NCBI RefSeq assembly: GCF_000143415.4
Contig: NW_003314262.1
Span: 3,358,405-3,422,404 of the forward strand
Source of the DNA: Selaginella moellendorffii
Lineage: Eukaryota > Plantae > Lycopodiophyta
Direction of reading: 5' to 3'
DNA: 64,000 bases
Positions within the stretch are counted from its first letter, which is position 1; each line of letters begins with the position of its first letter. The notes under the pieces were generated by a model, which was not told where the DNA came from, made no database searches, and saw nothing but the letters and a program-made list of their open reading frames with translations. The position numbers and the translations under genes are program-made. Below are positions 37,201 to 49,439 of this stretch, piece after piece.

Positions 37201-38354
37201 CGAGAAGAACAAACTTCATGATTTGCAAGGTAAAGTTCATAGTTTACATCTGGATTTTCACTCATTCATGCTGAAACTCAAGACGAACTACGATGGAACC
37301 GTCATCATGTATCCATCCCTGCAACTCGTCGCTCAGACACAGCTCCATTGTCTTCCTCAAAGAACTGGTACGTGAATCCCTCAAGCATTGACTCGGGAAC
37401 AACGTAACGAGCTTGTACTGCTCGGGGAGCGGCAGCTCCCGCTTGTCATGAAAATCATCCATCTCTTCGATCACAACTTCTTCGATCTCGGACCAGCAAC
37501 TTCTCGTCGTGGTCACCCGCAGAATCATGTCCGCGAGCTGAAAGCCTTCCCACTCGACGAGTAGCGCTCCACGAAGCAATAGTCCGGCAAGCATGCGAGT
37601 CCGCGAGATTCATCCGCTTGAGTACACCTTCCACTAGCGCAGCCGCTTCACCGATCACTGGACGCCGCCACCTTTCACCTCCAGGGACCCAAGAGCAAAA
37701 TCGGAGCCTCCACTCGCAAGGATCAGATGGATCGTTCAACTCGGTGGTGAGTGCAAGCTTGGTGTTTGGATTGGACTCCGCCCAGAGCTTTGCTCTTGCG
37801 AATCACGAGCCAGGAACTTGCATTGCTGCAGTTTCTCAGAGAGACCAAGTTCCCAGGCCATAATTTTTTTCCCAGAATCCCCCATTTAATCGCACATAGC
37901 TTGCATAATCCCCATTCTAACTTAATCAACATTTGCTATCTTGCTTAAGTCAGAAAGCAAGGACGGATTCAGATTCACAGGGATACCCTGCCATGTTATA
38001 TAGAAATCAGTGTTAGTGCCATGATCCAGTACTTCCAGCAAATGCCATTTCAGGGCATATGCAGTGCACATCACTGTCCAAGAAGAAATATCTCCCCATT
38101 GAGTCGAAGGTGAATTTTCTCTATCGCAATACCAACTAGCATGAGAGCTGTCGATATTGTCACTCCTTGCAATGGATTCGTGGAGCCTCCACTCATCCCT
38201 CCAGAGGACTCCTTCTCAAGTGATTAGACTATTTCACGGGATAAGCACGACAAGGTGTTTCAAGGCTAGGGTTTTCTCCAGCGGCGGTCCTGGCGCCTCG
38301 ATTCGATCAGGTGACACGCATTCTCGAGCTCGCCTTTAGCGCTGCCGATCGTCC

Positions 38355-41306
38355 ATGGGAAATTCCGCATCCATTGCGAGGAGGAGCAAGCGATCTTCGA
38401 GCTCGCTCGCCAATCCCTTCTCTCAAGTGCCTCCCGTGGAGAAATCTCCAGCCCAGCGGCCGATCGAGAAGATCCTGATCGCGAACAGGGGCGAGATTGC
38501 GTGCCGGATCATCAAGACCGCGCGTAGCTTGGGATTAAAAACGGTGGCGGTTTACAGTGATGCCGATCGAAACTCTCTACACGTCCGTCGAGCCGATGAA
38601 GCAGTGTTTATCGGCCCCGCCTCTGCTCAGCTCAGTTACTTGTCCACTACTTCCATCCTCGACGCTGCTCGTCGCACTGGAGCCGATGTAAGCTTCCATT
38701 GGATTCTTTCTTTTCTTCTCGACTCATACATATCCTTCTCAGGCAATCCATCCCGGGTATGGATTTCTATCAGAAAATTCGAAGTTTGCGCAGGCTTGCC
38801 ACGAGTCTGGGATCACATTCATTGGCCCTTCGGCAGCTGCGATTAGCTTGATGGGAGACAAAAGGTACGCCATCTCCATTTTTCTGCAAAGAACCAGCCA
38901 TAAGAACTATCTTGGAACTCCTTAGTGCCTCCAAAAAGCTTATGAGCGGTGCTAATGTTCCTGTTGTTCCTGGATACCACGGGGATGATCAGAGCCACGA
39001 GCTGCTGCAATCTGAGGCTGATCGGATTGGCTATCCCGTTCTGATCAAGCCTGTTCTTGGTGGCGGAGGAAAGGTTGGTTTTTTGCTTTCTTTTTGGTAT
39101 TTTGTTTCATGTTGGCGACACTACTGATTTCTCTTGTAAAGTTTTGGTTCAGGGCATGAGGATTGTCCACAGCAGAGACGAGTTTCTGGACAGTTTGAGA
39201 AGCGCTCTACGTGAGTCTGCTGCTGCGTTTGGCGACACCAGGGTCTTGATTGAGAAGTATATCGCACAGCCTCGACACATAGAAGTCCAGGTGGGAGATT
39301 TTCTGCAATCTGGAAATTTATCACAGACTTGCTGACAGATCTTTGGCGACCGCTTTGGAAACGTTGTTCATTTGTTTGAACGGGACTGTAGCGTTCAGAG
39401 GCGCCACCAGAAAATTATAGAGGAAGCACCAGCGGTAGGACAATATTTCAGGCTGTTTGCTGTTTCACCATGTTTTTTTTTTATATTCCAGCCGCTCATG
39501 TCAGACGACTTTCGCAACTCAATAGGCCAAGCAGCAGTCAATGCGGCTAAGGTATCCTCTTTTGTGATTTGCTGCTGTCAAATCAAAATTTCTTTTCTAT
39601 CGAAGGCTGTGAATTACCTGTCGAGTTTATTGTCGACACTGCAACAGGAGATTTTTTCTTTATGGAGATGAACACACGTTTGCAAGTAAGGACGGACTTC
39701 CACTAGTTTCTGTATATGCTGAATTAAACTGCTGGTCAGGTTGAGCACCCTGTCACCGAAATGGTGACGCGTCAAGACTTGGTGGAATGGCAAATTCGTG
39801 TCGCAAATGGCGAAAGCCTTCCACTTGAGCAAAAGAGTATACCGCTTATTCCCGAAGATTATCGCAGCTAAGCAGGTCATGCGTTTGAGGCTCGGGTCTA
39901 TGCTGAAAACGTTCCAAGAGGTTTTCTACCTGCTGCTGGAGTTCTTTACCATTATAATCCACCTCCCGCTTCATCCACTGGTAACTCGTGTCAAACTTGG
40001 AGAATCCTAAGCAGTTTATCTTGTCAATGCAGTGAGAATTGAGACGGGTGTAGAGCAAAGTGATGCTGTAAGCGTCCACTACGATCCTATGATAGCCAAG
40101 CTGGTCGTATGGGGTAGTGATCGCGATATGGCGTTGGCGAAGCTTCATAATTGCCTCTCGAATTTTCAGGCAAGCTGGTTTGCTCTTATTTTTTATAATT
40201 ATTGTTCAGTACTAACATTGCATTCGCCAGGTTGCTGGACTTCCAACTAACATCCACTTTTTAAAAAAGCTTGCAAAACATCCGGCTTTCAGGGCTGGGG
40301 ACGTGGAAACACACTTCATTGAACACCACAAGAACGAGCTACTAGATTTTTCCGAAAGAGCCAAGCGAGATGTAAAATCTTTCGCTGCTTTAGCGGCCGT
40401 GGGCGTATGTGTAAGGGAGAGTTTTCGACGACCAGGTAAGATCGACTCGCAGTTTTGAGATAGCCAGCATTTATGATTTCCAGTGCAGAATCGAGAACTG
40501 GAGGCCCATGGCATACAACTTCTGGTTTTCGAGTCAACAATCCTTATACCAGGAAGATCTCGTTAGACTGGATGCCTGAGTCCGAGAGTCTCTCATGCAA
40601 ACCGATGAGCTTAGATGTCACTTATTCAAGTGACAACGAGTTCTTAGTAAAGGTAGACGCATTGTTTTCCCTTTTGCCTATTCCCCAAGTCGAGTCATAT
40701 TGTGCAGTTTGCGGAAGATTCATCTTGTGTCAAACTTACAGCTAAAAGAGTTGCTAGTTCTGGCTGTGACATAACCGTCGACATCAATGGCATTTCCTCC
40801 ACTATAAACTATGGTTATTATCTGCAGGTATGCAGTTTTCTCTCCTTTCAATTTAGATCTAATTGGCATTTTCTGGACAACAGAAATCGGCTTATCATAT
40901 TCACGTGTGGAAGGACGGCGAGCACCATCACTTTACAACAGCGTTGCGGGAGGCCTATGATACAGAAAGCCATGGTGAAACATCTCAACGATTAACAAGT
41001 TCTGGCGGTAGTAGCAAGCTAACACCGGGAGCCGTCGCTTCTCCCATGGCCGGACTGGCTGTGAAAGTTCTTGCAGAGCTGGGCTCAAATGTGAAAGCTG
41101 GAGATCCTCTCCTGGTTTTAGAAGCTATGAAGATGGAGGTAAAAACCTTATATTTGTTCGTATTTGTTGCTTTCCTCTTACACACCTTTTTGCAGCACAC
41201 TGTAAAAGCACATATTTCTGGTGTTATCAATCAAGTGAACATCACTGCCGGCCAGCAAGTTAGCGACGGGGGGATTCTTTTTCATATCAAGGCTCAAGAA
41301 TCATAA
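38355..41306 (+). pseudogene. MCCA: 3-methylcrotonyl-CoA carboxylase alpha (biotin) subunit, apparently disrupted
   Basis: [58 protein letters not shown]. Frameshifting deletion at 39617/18 (xNAG lost) and lost splice donor at ~39847 leaving in-frame TAA at 39869. Confidence 0.85.
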
Positions 41307-41435
41307 TAGTTCACGAGTGTCTTGAAACTCTGTGCGTAAGTCAAAAGGTAGCTTTATATTCAGTAACGTTCGATCGTCTCTAACTTACTGCTTGAGCAAA
41401 AAAGGACACTCAGTCTAGAAGTTAAGGAGAATTCG

Positions 41436-42449
41436 CTATGGGCGACCGCTACTCGGCCCCGGTAAAAGCGAGTACTCATCAGCGTCTCGGCTCCTGAAAG
41501 GCCATATTGACGGCATTCTTCCACTCTGGATGCAGACATAGCAGCCATAGCACAGGAACAAGACCACCGCGACCACCAGCACGATCGCCAAGGCCAGTAA
41601 GAACTTTGCTCCAAAACGATCCCATTTGCTCTTTCCTGTGGCAAAGAGAGAACAAACATCAACGTCTCGTACTCCAGGGGCTCTAAAACTCACCGCGATG
41701 GACGAGCAAGTAGTACGTCGAAGGCTCGTGTTCCAGAGCCGTGACCGCGATCTCAAAGAGAGTATCTTCGCCAGCCTTGCCAACTTGGAGCTGCGGGCTT
41801 GGAACGCCACTCTTGAGAGGAATGGAGTTGACAGTCACCGTGTACTCGTCGCGCTCCTGGAGCAGCAAAGCAACAAATCAGAGCGAAGTTTCACAAAGAA
41901 CACTACCTCTTCCTGCGAGACAGTGGCAACGATCCTGATCTTTCGTACGCCCGAGCTCACGGAGGAGGAATAGTTGTAAGTCCGGGGGCTAAAGTCTGGC
42001 GAGAGCTTTCCACCGTTGGTGACGTTCAGGCCGGCGAGAAGGGCCTTTGGAAGATGGTGTGGAGGAGGCGGAGGAGATGGTGGTGGAGGCGGTGGTGGCG
42101 GCGGTGGCGGCGTTCCACTTGAGCCTTGGTCATCGTCATCGTCATCGCCATCGCTGGGAGCCGGAGCTGGCGCTGGAGCTGGACGGCTATGGTGGTGATC
42201 GTCAGGTGCTATAGGAGGAGGTGGCGGCGGCGGCGGAGATGGAGGAAACGGGGGCAGTGTTGGAAAGGAGGCAAAGCTGGAAAAACTCAAACGCTCGACT
42301 GGATCATCGCTGGAGCCGGAGTAAAGAACGATGGCTTCCTCGAGCTCGTTCTTCCCAAGTTCTTGGGTAGAAACAAGCACGAGAAAGCCGAGCAGGAGGA
42401 GCATCACAGAGCTCGACCGCATTCCTTGGAAGCGATTCTTCCAACCCAA
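41436..42449 (-). CDS. Signal peptide + Pro-rich (extensin-like) + cadherin-like beta-sandwich (PF12733-type) + TM protein, 3 exons
   Basis: Exons 42449-41907, 41856-41694, 41635-41436. LSPDFSP..YNY...V and VTVN....L.VG....FEIAVTA....TY.L.V.R; TM FLLALAIVLVVAVVLFL followed by Cys residues. Confidence 0.8.
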
Positions 42450-42847
42450 AGAACCGAAAGGAGAAGAACCAAAAGAAAACTAACCCGAGAGTAGTTCCTC
42501 GTCACTGGACCATCGCTTCTCTGCTAGAATCGCACGAAGAAATCAGAACCCTAGTCCTAGAGAAGAAAACCACGAGGAAAATGAGAGGAGAGAGACAAGA
42601 AAGAAGAAACCACCGTGGAGTAACGGTTCGAGTCGTGGTTAGACACGCTTATTAAGCTAATTAGATCCTGTTAGTGTAAGCTAAGCTAGTATAAGCATGG
42701 ATTTTGGCATAAACCCTAGCGCTAGATTATTGGGTGAGAGAATGACTAGCGCGTCGCTGTCAGGGCTCGTGTTGATCGATCCCGCCGCGGAGCTGGCGCT
42801 ATGTAAGGCTTCTCGATCGGCGCTGGCGGCAGTAGCATGCAACTGGA

Positions 42848-44596
42848 ATGGCAGCGGCGGCGGTAGCGGCATGCAATGCATGCGGCCAGTGGCCCTTCCC
42901 GGGAGGATTGAGCGCGGCGCCGCGGCGGCGCCGCGGCATTGATCGGGGAATCGCGGTAAGAATGGCCAAGGGCGAGGAGGAGAGCTCCTCGTCGGTGCTG
43001 GAATCCGTGGAGGAGGCGGAGTTCTCGGGGCAGCATCCGTGGGATCCTCACAAACCCAGCTTTAGCCGGCTTCTTCCGGAGAGGATTCGCCCCTATCCTT
43101 CCTTCGAGGGATGGTACACACGGCTTGTGGATGAGCCGAGGCAATTCAGCGCTGGTGTGATCATGGCGACGAATTACGCGACGCAGGAGAGCCAGGTTAC
43201 TTTGCTCTTCAGTGATTCATCGCGTAGCACACACGCTGTGGCCGTGAAAACAAAGGTGAGTTTATCCCTTTCAAGGTACGGTTTTTTTTTTCTTGTTCTA
43301 TTTTTTTTATAGTTCACGCACTCCTAGATTGCTAGCATTCGTTTTGTTTTAAGTCTACGAGTTTCTCGGGTGTGAGTTTTATCATAGTTTACTAGCTTTC
43401 TAGTCTCCATCTCGTCCACTCCACTGTTCTTTTGCTTTTTTTCATCGGTCATAGTTTACTAGCTTTCTAGTCTCCATGTCGTCCCTATTTTCCCTTCTTT
43501 TTACTGCGGCATCCTTGTTTTGCAATCCTCCCTGGTGTTTTTTTTGTGTTTTTGGCCTGCATTTCTTCATTGAAAGTTTCTTAGTTTCCCCGGCTGTTTT
43601 CTTCTTGCAGGACGCGAAGTTTAGCACGATAGGAGATTTGTCTGGAGCTGACAATGACGACGAGCCCAAGGGATTTCAGTGGGAGGCTGCAGGCATTGGA
43701 AAAATCGTGATGAAGCCGAATGAGTCCGAGGTGGAGGTCCGGCTAAATGGTTACGACCTCAGAGTTGAGACGAGTGGCACGGTAATGTTCTTCATTCCAG
43801 AACCAAAACAAAATCTCATATCCCGGTGTTTTTTCCAGGTTCCATGGGATTCTGGCAATAGTAAAAAGGGCCCCGAAGGCTGGGCAGGGAAAGTTCCACT
43901 GTTCCCGTGCCATTGGTACGTGCACAGCCTGGGCTCCCGAGCAAAGTACACATTTTTCAGCAGCGACAAGAACATGGTGGTTCACGGTGACGGGTTTGCG
44001 CACCAGGAGAAGAACTGGGGAGAAACTTTCCCTGCCGGCCATGTTTGGCTCCAGGGGATGTCGCGGGATAATTCTTCCCAGATTGTCTGCTCGGGAGCTC
44101 GGTTCAAGCTCGGTAAACTCCTGGAGACCCCTTACGTCTTCTCACTCGGATACCGATCGGCCAACTGCAAATTGGATCTGCGCACCAACAACCTTGGAAC
44201 CATTTTCAAGGACGTGCAGCTCTCTCCCCTGGAAGCGAAGTTCGCATTAACCGGAGTTGGTCCTTCACACACTATCAAGGTATGGTTTTCGGTTCTCTCT
44301 TCTCGTTCCTAACTCTTCTTTGTTCTTGGCTTGGCGATTAGATTCTGTGCTATGCTTCGCCGGTGTCGTTCTCGGAGCAAATCCTTGCTCCGATTGGAAA
44401 GCTCGAGTGGAAGCCCGCGTGCCGAGAGTCATTCGTGGCGACGATCGAGGTGGAAGTGTTCGAGCACGCAGTGTGGGGAGTGGCCAACGAAGATAAGCTG
44501 GTGGACAGCCAGATGTTTCGATGCGCAGCTCTCGAGTTTGGCGAAGATCTGCTCGAAGACGCGCTTCAGCAGCAAGATCAATCAAACCCAAACTAG
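42848..44596 (+). CDS. Tocopherol-cyclase-like protein (~424 aa, probable transit peptide), 4 exons
   Basis: Exons 42848-43255, 43611-43781, 43839-44279, 44342-44596 in frame. FEGWY, GPEGW, CHWYV, HQEKNWG.TFP..HVWLQG, AALEFG. Confidence 0.85.
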
Positions 44597-44795
44597 ATTC
44601 TTTTCTACTTTTAAAAAGGTCTAATAGAAAAGATTCGAAAAGATTCTTAAAGTTGGCATAAAGGCAAGCAATATATCTCCAAGCGCTCCCTCGGATATGC
44701 TTGCCTTTATCCCTTGAACTAAACAATGAGTATGCCTTTTATCTCCAAACTAGATTCTATAAAAAGGTATAAAAAAGGAATATGCTTTTAGGGTT

Positions 44796-46754
44796 CTACG
44801 CATTCCCTGCGAATGTATTGGATAGCAGCGCTAATCCCCCAGCGGCGCTCTCTGGGTTTAGATCGATCGCTTGCTCCGCTGCCCCGGACGCCCGCCGCGC
44901 ATCCCCGTGGATCCGGCAAGATCCCAGCAGCGCCGTCACGCTCGTGATCGCGGGCTGGATGGGCATCTCGCGCACCAGCTCCTCGGCGTGATCCAGCCAC
45001 CCCGCGCGGCCGAAGAGATCGATCATGGATCCGTAGTGGAGCAGCGCTGGATCGATGCCGTGGTCGTCCGCCATGCACACGAAGTAGCGCCGCGCCTCCT
45101 CCAAGAGCCCGGCGTGGCGGCACGCCGAGAGGATGCTCACGATCGTCACGCGGCTGGGCTCCATTCCCTCGAGATGCATTGCCTGGAAGAGCTCCCTCGC
45201 GCGGATCCAATCGCCGTGCTGCGCGAAGGAGATGACGATCGAGTTCCAGGCGATGGTGTCGCGCTGGGGGAGGGCCAAGAACACGGCCATGGCGAGGTCC
45301 AGGCGCCCACACTTGCTGTACATGTCGAGCAGGGAATTCGCGACCTGGATGCGATCGTGGACGCCGCTGGCGATCGCCCTGGCGTGGAGGATCCGGCCGT
45401 CGGCGAGGCGCGAGCTGGATTTGCAAGCATCGATCGCGCTGACGAACACCACGGCGTCGGGCTTGATGCCCTCGAAATCCATCTCGCGGAGCATCGCTAG
45501 AACGCCAGCGCCATTGCCGCTCTGGGCAAGCGCTGTGATGATGCTGCCCCAGGAGATCACGTCCCTGTGGATCATCCCGTGGAAGATCTCCAGCGCTCGC
45601 TCGATCCGGCCGCTCTTGGCGTGGAGATTGATGAGCGAGTTCCCAATCGCGGTGCTGGATTCCAGGCCGCAAGACGCGATCGCCTCGTCGATCGCCGCGA
45701 GGTTGCGCGGGCAATGCGAGGGATCGCTGGCGAGCGCGTCCATGATCGTCATCATCGAGACGCGGTCCTGCCGCACGCCCTCGAGATTCATCCGGTGGAA
45801 GAGCGCCACGGCCAGATCGACGCGGCCGTGCTGGGAGCACGAAGAAACCATCGCTGTCCAGGCCACCACATTGGAATCCAGCGAGCTCTCGCGGAAGAAG
45901 ATCGCCATGGATTCGTGGAGGAGCCCCCACTTCCCATACATGGCGATCAGTCCAGTTCGCAGGTAGGGATCGCGCTCCAGCCCGGAGAGAAAGATCCACT
46001 CGCGAATCGGCGCCGCGGCGCTCCGGATGGATGGATCCGCGAGCCCTAGCGCGGCCAGGGACTCGAGCACGCTGGCGATCACGAGCCTGTCCGCGCTAAC
46101 GCCGGAGAGCTGCATCCTCCGGAAGAGATCCATCCCCTCGCGATGCAATCCCATCTCGGCGTGCGCCGCGATGATCGACGTCCATGTGAGAACATTGGGG
46201 TCGGGGATCTCGCGGAAGATCGCCCAGGCGCGATCCAGGAGCTCGCATTTGCAATAGAAGTGGACGAGCGCGCTGCCAACAACGACATCGATCGCGATTC
46301 CACTCGCCACGATCCGGGCGTGGAGATCGCTCCCAGTGGCGAGATCTCTGGCGGAGGAGCACGCGCCCAGGATGGCGAGGAAGGTTACATCGTCCGGCTT
46401 CACGCCCTCGAGATCCATCCGGCGGAAGAGATCCAGCGCCTCCAGCAAATGCCCATTGCGGGCATACACAGCGAGCATCACAGTCCAGGAGAAAACGTTC
46501 CTCCAGCGCATCCGATCGAAGGTGGATCGCGCCTCGCCGACACTGCCGCAGCTGCCATACATCTGGATGAGGTGATTCGCGAGGAACCGGTCGAGATTGC
46601 CGTTGCTGGCGATGGATTCGTGGAGCCGCCGCCCCTCTTTCAGGTCGCCTGTGGCGCCGCATTGCCGGATGAGGGATGCGAGGTAGCTGTGGGGTTTCTG
46701 GGGATCTGCGAGAGTGGAGGATGTGGAGAAGGCCGCCCGGGCCAGGAGCCTCAT
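44796..46754 (-). CDS. PLS-class pentatricopeptide repeat protein with (truncated) E domain, 652 aa, intronless
   Basis: Repeated MYG.CG, VFSW..M, G..PD motifs; E-domain 'MPIQP...ALLGSC.IHG...LLSN'; no DYW; organelle-targeting-like N-terminus. Confidence 0.95.
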   Translation of the reverse strand: MRLLARAAFSTSSTLADPQKPHSYLASLIRQCGATGDLKEGRRLHESIASNGNLDRFLANHLIQMYGSCGSVGEARSTFDRMRWRNVFSWTVMLAVYARNGHLLEALDLFRRMDLEGVKPDDVTFLAILGACSSARDLATGSDLHARIVASGIAIDVVVGSALVHFYCKCELLDRAWAIFREIPDPNVLTWTSIIAAHAEMGLHREGMDLFRRMQLSGVSADRLVIASVLESLAALGLADPSIRSAAAPIREWIFLSGLERDPYLRTGLIAMYGKWGLLHESMAIFFRESSLDSNVVAWTAMVSSCSQHGRVDLAVALFHRMNLEGVRQDRVSMMTIMDALASDPSHCPRNLAAIDEAIASCGLESSTAIGNSLINLHAKSGRIERALEIFHGMIHRDVISWGSIITALAQSGNGAGVLAMLREMDFEGIKPDAVVFVSAIDACKSSSRLADGRILHARAIASGVHDRIQVANSLLDMYSKCGRLDLAMAVFLALPQRDTIAWNSIVISFAQHGDWIRARELFQAMHLEGMEPSRVTIVSILSACRHAGLLEEARRYFVCMADDHGIDPALLHYGSMIDLFGRAGWLDHAEELVREMPIQPAITSVTALLGSCRIHGDARRASGAAEQAIDLNPESAAGGLALLSNTFAGNA

Positions 46755-46821
46755 CGAGAGCTCTCCATTTCAAATTCTAGGTGACCGCCATCGCCATAGC
46801 GAAGAACCCTAATTAGGGTTT
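46755..46821. promoter_or_regulatory. 67-bp head-to-head spacer with palindromic double telo-box
   Basis: AACCCTAATTAGGGTT (46805-46820) between the PPR ATG and the HDAC ATG. Confidence 0.6.
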
Positions 46822-48614
46822 ATGGTGTCCATTCTATCTATGACGCAGTTTCTCCGTCCAGCGCTTGCGTCTCTTTCCGCTGCGGCATTTGCTGGATGCA
46901 TTGGAGCTAAGGTATGGAATTCGAGATTTCGATCTACATTCTCCTGGAATTCTTCGTTTTTTCATGATTACGAATTTCTAGCTTGGGATTCTTCTTTTTT
47001 TCTTAGATATTTCTAGCTACATTTTGCTGAAATTCTTTCTTTTTGTTCTTAAGCATGGATGCAAGGCTCTTTGCTCGATTCCAGAGCAAAATCAAACGAC
47101 CTTGCAAGCTGCTATTGCTGCTGGGAAAGGTCCGACTTTGATTGCTTTCTATGCGGATCATCACGTCGTGCCTCTGCCGAAAGGACACAGGTTTCCCATG
47201 GACAAGTGAGTGAGTGTTCTTCGGGCAAAACAAAGCTAGAACCAATTATCTTTGGTGCTCTTTCAGGTATAGAGCGACAAGGATGATCTTAGAAGAAGAT
47301 TTGCTACTGCGGAATTTGCTCACTACTTTTCCAGCTCCATTGGCAACTGAGAACGAGCTCTGTCTTGTTCACAGTGAAAGGTATGGACGGACTTTAGCTT
47401 TGAATCTTTGTTTGATTTTCTTCTTTGGAATTGTTTCTTCCAGCTATGTGCAACGAGTGTTTAGCGGTGATTTGAACGAGCGTGAACAGAGAGAACTAGG
47501 CTTTCCATGGAGTCGAGAACTTGTTGCTCGTTCTCGCTGCTCGTCCGGGTAAAGTTTTTTCTTCTTGTATCCTCATTTTTTGTGGGATAACTATGAGAGT
47601 TATAGAAAGAAAAAATCATGTCTTTCAGGGGAACGCTAGCAGCAATGCACGCTGTCATGCTCGGATTGCGGAGAGCAGCTGCAAACATTGCTGGTGGAAC
47701 TCATCACGCATTTCCTGAGCACGGCGAGGGATTTTGTAAGTTTTTTCTGTTTTCTTCTTCTTCTTTTTTGTTCTTTTTTCTAACGGGATTTGATCGATCC
47801 AATGCAGGTGTTTTCAACGACATTTCTGTCGCTGCAGTAGCTGCTCTGGAAGCTTATCCATCTCGTTGTAATTTAGCTTCTCCAGTTCTGGTCATAGATC
47901 TCGATGTCCATCAGGTGTGCTTTTTTATTTATCTTCCTTTATTTATATCCAACATTCGATTTTACGTTCTGGCTCTCACAGGGAAATGGTACTGCTCAAA
48001 TATTTGAGAACGATAAAAGAGTGATTACTTTCAGTATTCAAGGAGCAAATAACTATCCATGGCGAACCAGGATGAAGTCTGACTACGATGTGGATTTACC
48101 AGACAAAACCGGTGACGAGGAATACGTCTCAATTCTCAAAGACTGGCTTGACAAGCTCTTCCAAATTCACAGCCCCGGGCTCGTTTTCTTCCAGGTAATC
48201 TATAATCCTTTTCAAGCTTTTTAAACTTTCAGTTTTTTCCAGGCCGGTGTTGATGCATTGCGAGAGGATAGTTTTGGTCGTCTCAATTTGTCCAGGTAAT
48301 TGTTTTGTCTATCTTCCCACCGAGCGTAGCTTGACAACATTCCATTCGCTTCCAGGCAAGGTTTGCTCCAGAGAAACAATTTGGTCTATAGTTCTTGTAT
48401 GCAATGTAGCGTTCCACTTGTGATCACAATGGGCGGTGGCTATTCACGGCCACACACTGGTAAAAAACAACTTTGCGTTTTTCACCTACTTCACTTCTAG
48501 CTGAAAACTCGCTAAATACGCTAAGTCTCTGTGACAGTATCCGTCCAAGCTCATGCCGATGTGTATCGCTCCGCTGCTCTCAGATACGGCATCGGGACAC
48601 TAGCCACAGACTAG
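46822..48614 (+). CDS. Histone deacetylase superfamily protein (class IV/HDAC11- or bacterial-like), multi-exon
   Basis: LPKGHRFPMDKY, NIAGGTHHAF, GEGFC.FND, DLDVHQGNGTA, FQAGVD, TMGGGY across short GT-AG introns. Confidence 0.9.
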
Positions 48615-48780
48615 AACACAGAAGAATCGCTCACAAAGTAAGCAAAAAGAAAAGAAACAAAACCACACTTTTATTTTTCAAGGTGATGAGAACAAGTTTT
48701 ATTACATTCGCGCGGCAAGCACCATCAACTAACACTTACTTGACAGGAAGCCGAGCATGATGGAGAAAACGTTGGAACTT

Positions 48781-49092
48781 CTACTTGGATTTGGAGCAGC
48801 TCGTCGGGTATCCATCGAGCTTGCAGCGCTTGGGAATGGTTGCCGCGACTGGAGCATCGATGGTGAATCCAGCGGCCTGTGCCGCGGCGATGGTGCTGCA
48901 CAGGCAAGCCGGATCATCCTTAAACTTGCCAACGGCGGTGCAGCACTCGGTGGAGGGCGTGGACGTTTCGCTCTGAGCCGCTGCCTGGCACGGTAACAGG
49001 TCCGCTATGTTGTTCTTGCATTCTGCCGCTGATACAATCGCCACTGTCGCCGCCAGGAACAAGACCACGAGCGCAAGCTTTGCGAGAGCCAT
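48781..49092 (-). CDS. Non-specific lipid transfer protein (8-Cys motif)
   Basis: Signal peptide then C..C..CC..CLC..C..C; TATA box (TATATAAAT on the minus strand) near 49190. Confidence 0.92.
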   Translation of the reverse strand: MALAKLALVVLFLAATVAIVSAAECKNNIADLLPCQAAAQSETSTPSTECCTAVGKFKDDPACLCSTIAAAQAAGFTIDAPVAATIPKRCKLDGYPTSCSKSK

Positions 49093-49439
49093 GGATACAA
49101 AAGAAGAAGAAAATCTCGCGAGAACTAAAGCTGTGAAGAAAGTATGAGCTCCTTTAAGCTTTGTGAGGAGCTGAGAAGCAAGGTACGAATTTATATAGCC
49201 CGTGAAATGCAAGCTTGGTTTGATCTACAAGGTGTGGACTCGGGAGTTTGTAACGCATTCTCGCCAGGAATCATGGGTGTAAGCTTCCCCCTCTTGACGA
49301 ATGGAAGGTATTTGCACGCAATGGGATTCTCTCCCTCTCTTATTTGAGATTCTCGCGATAATGTTTGCGATGATCATCATCTATCTGATCAAAGCTTTGC
49401 TCGTAGAAATTTTTCTAGCGAAGGAATCGAAGAACAGTA

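Noticed and set aside
37262-37800. Possible kinase C-terminal remnant on the minus strand
   Set aside because: Only weak 'QCL..' and 'RP.I.E' hints; cannot be supported without a search.
44355-44365. Apparent missing splice acceptor in the tocopherol-cyclase-like gene
   Set aside because: An upstream TAG acceptor at 44341 gives an in-frame exon (ILCYASPVSF).
44788-46784. Long overlapping alternative and antisense ORFs over the PPR (also over YqaJ and CSE1)
   Set aside because: Expected shadow ORFs of GC3-rich coding sequence.
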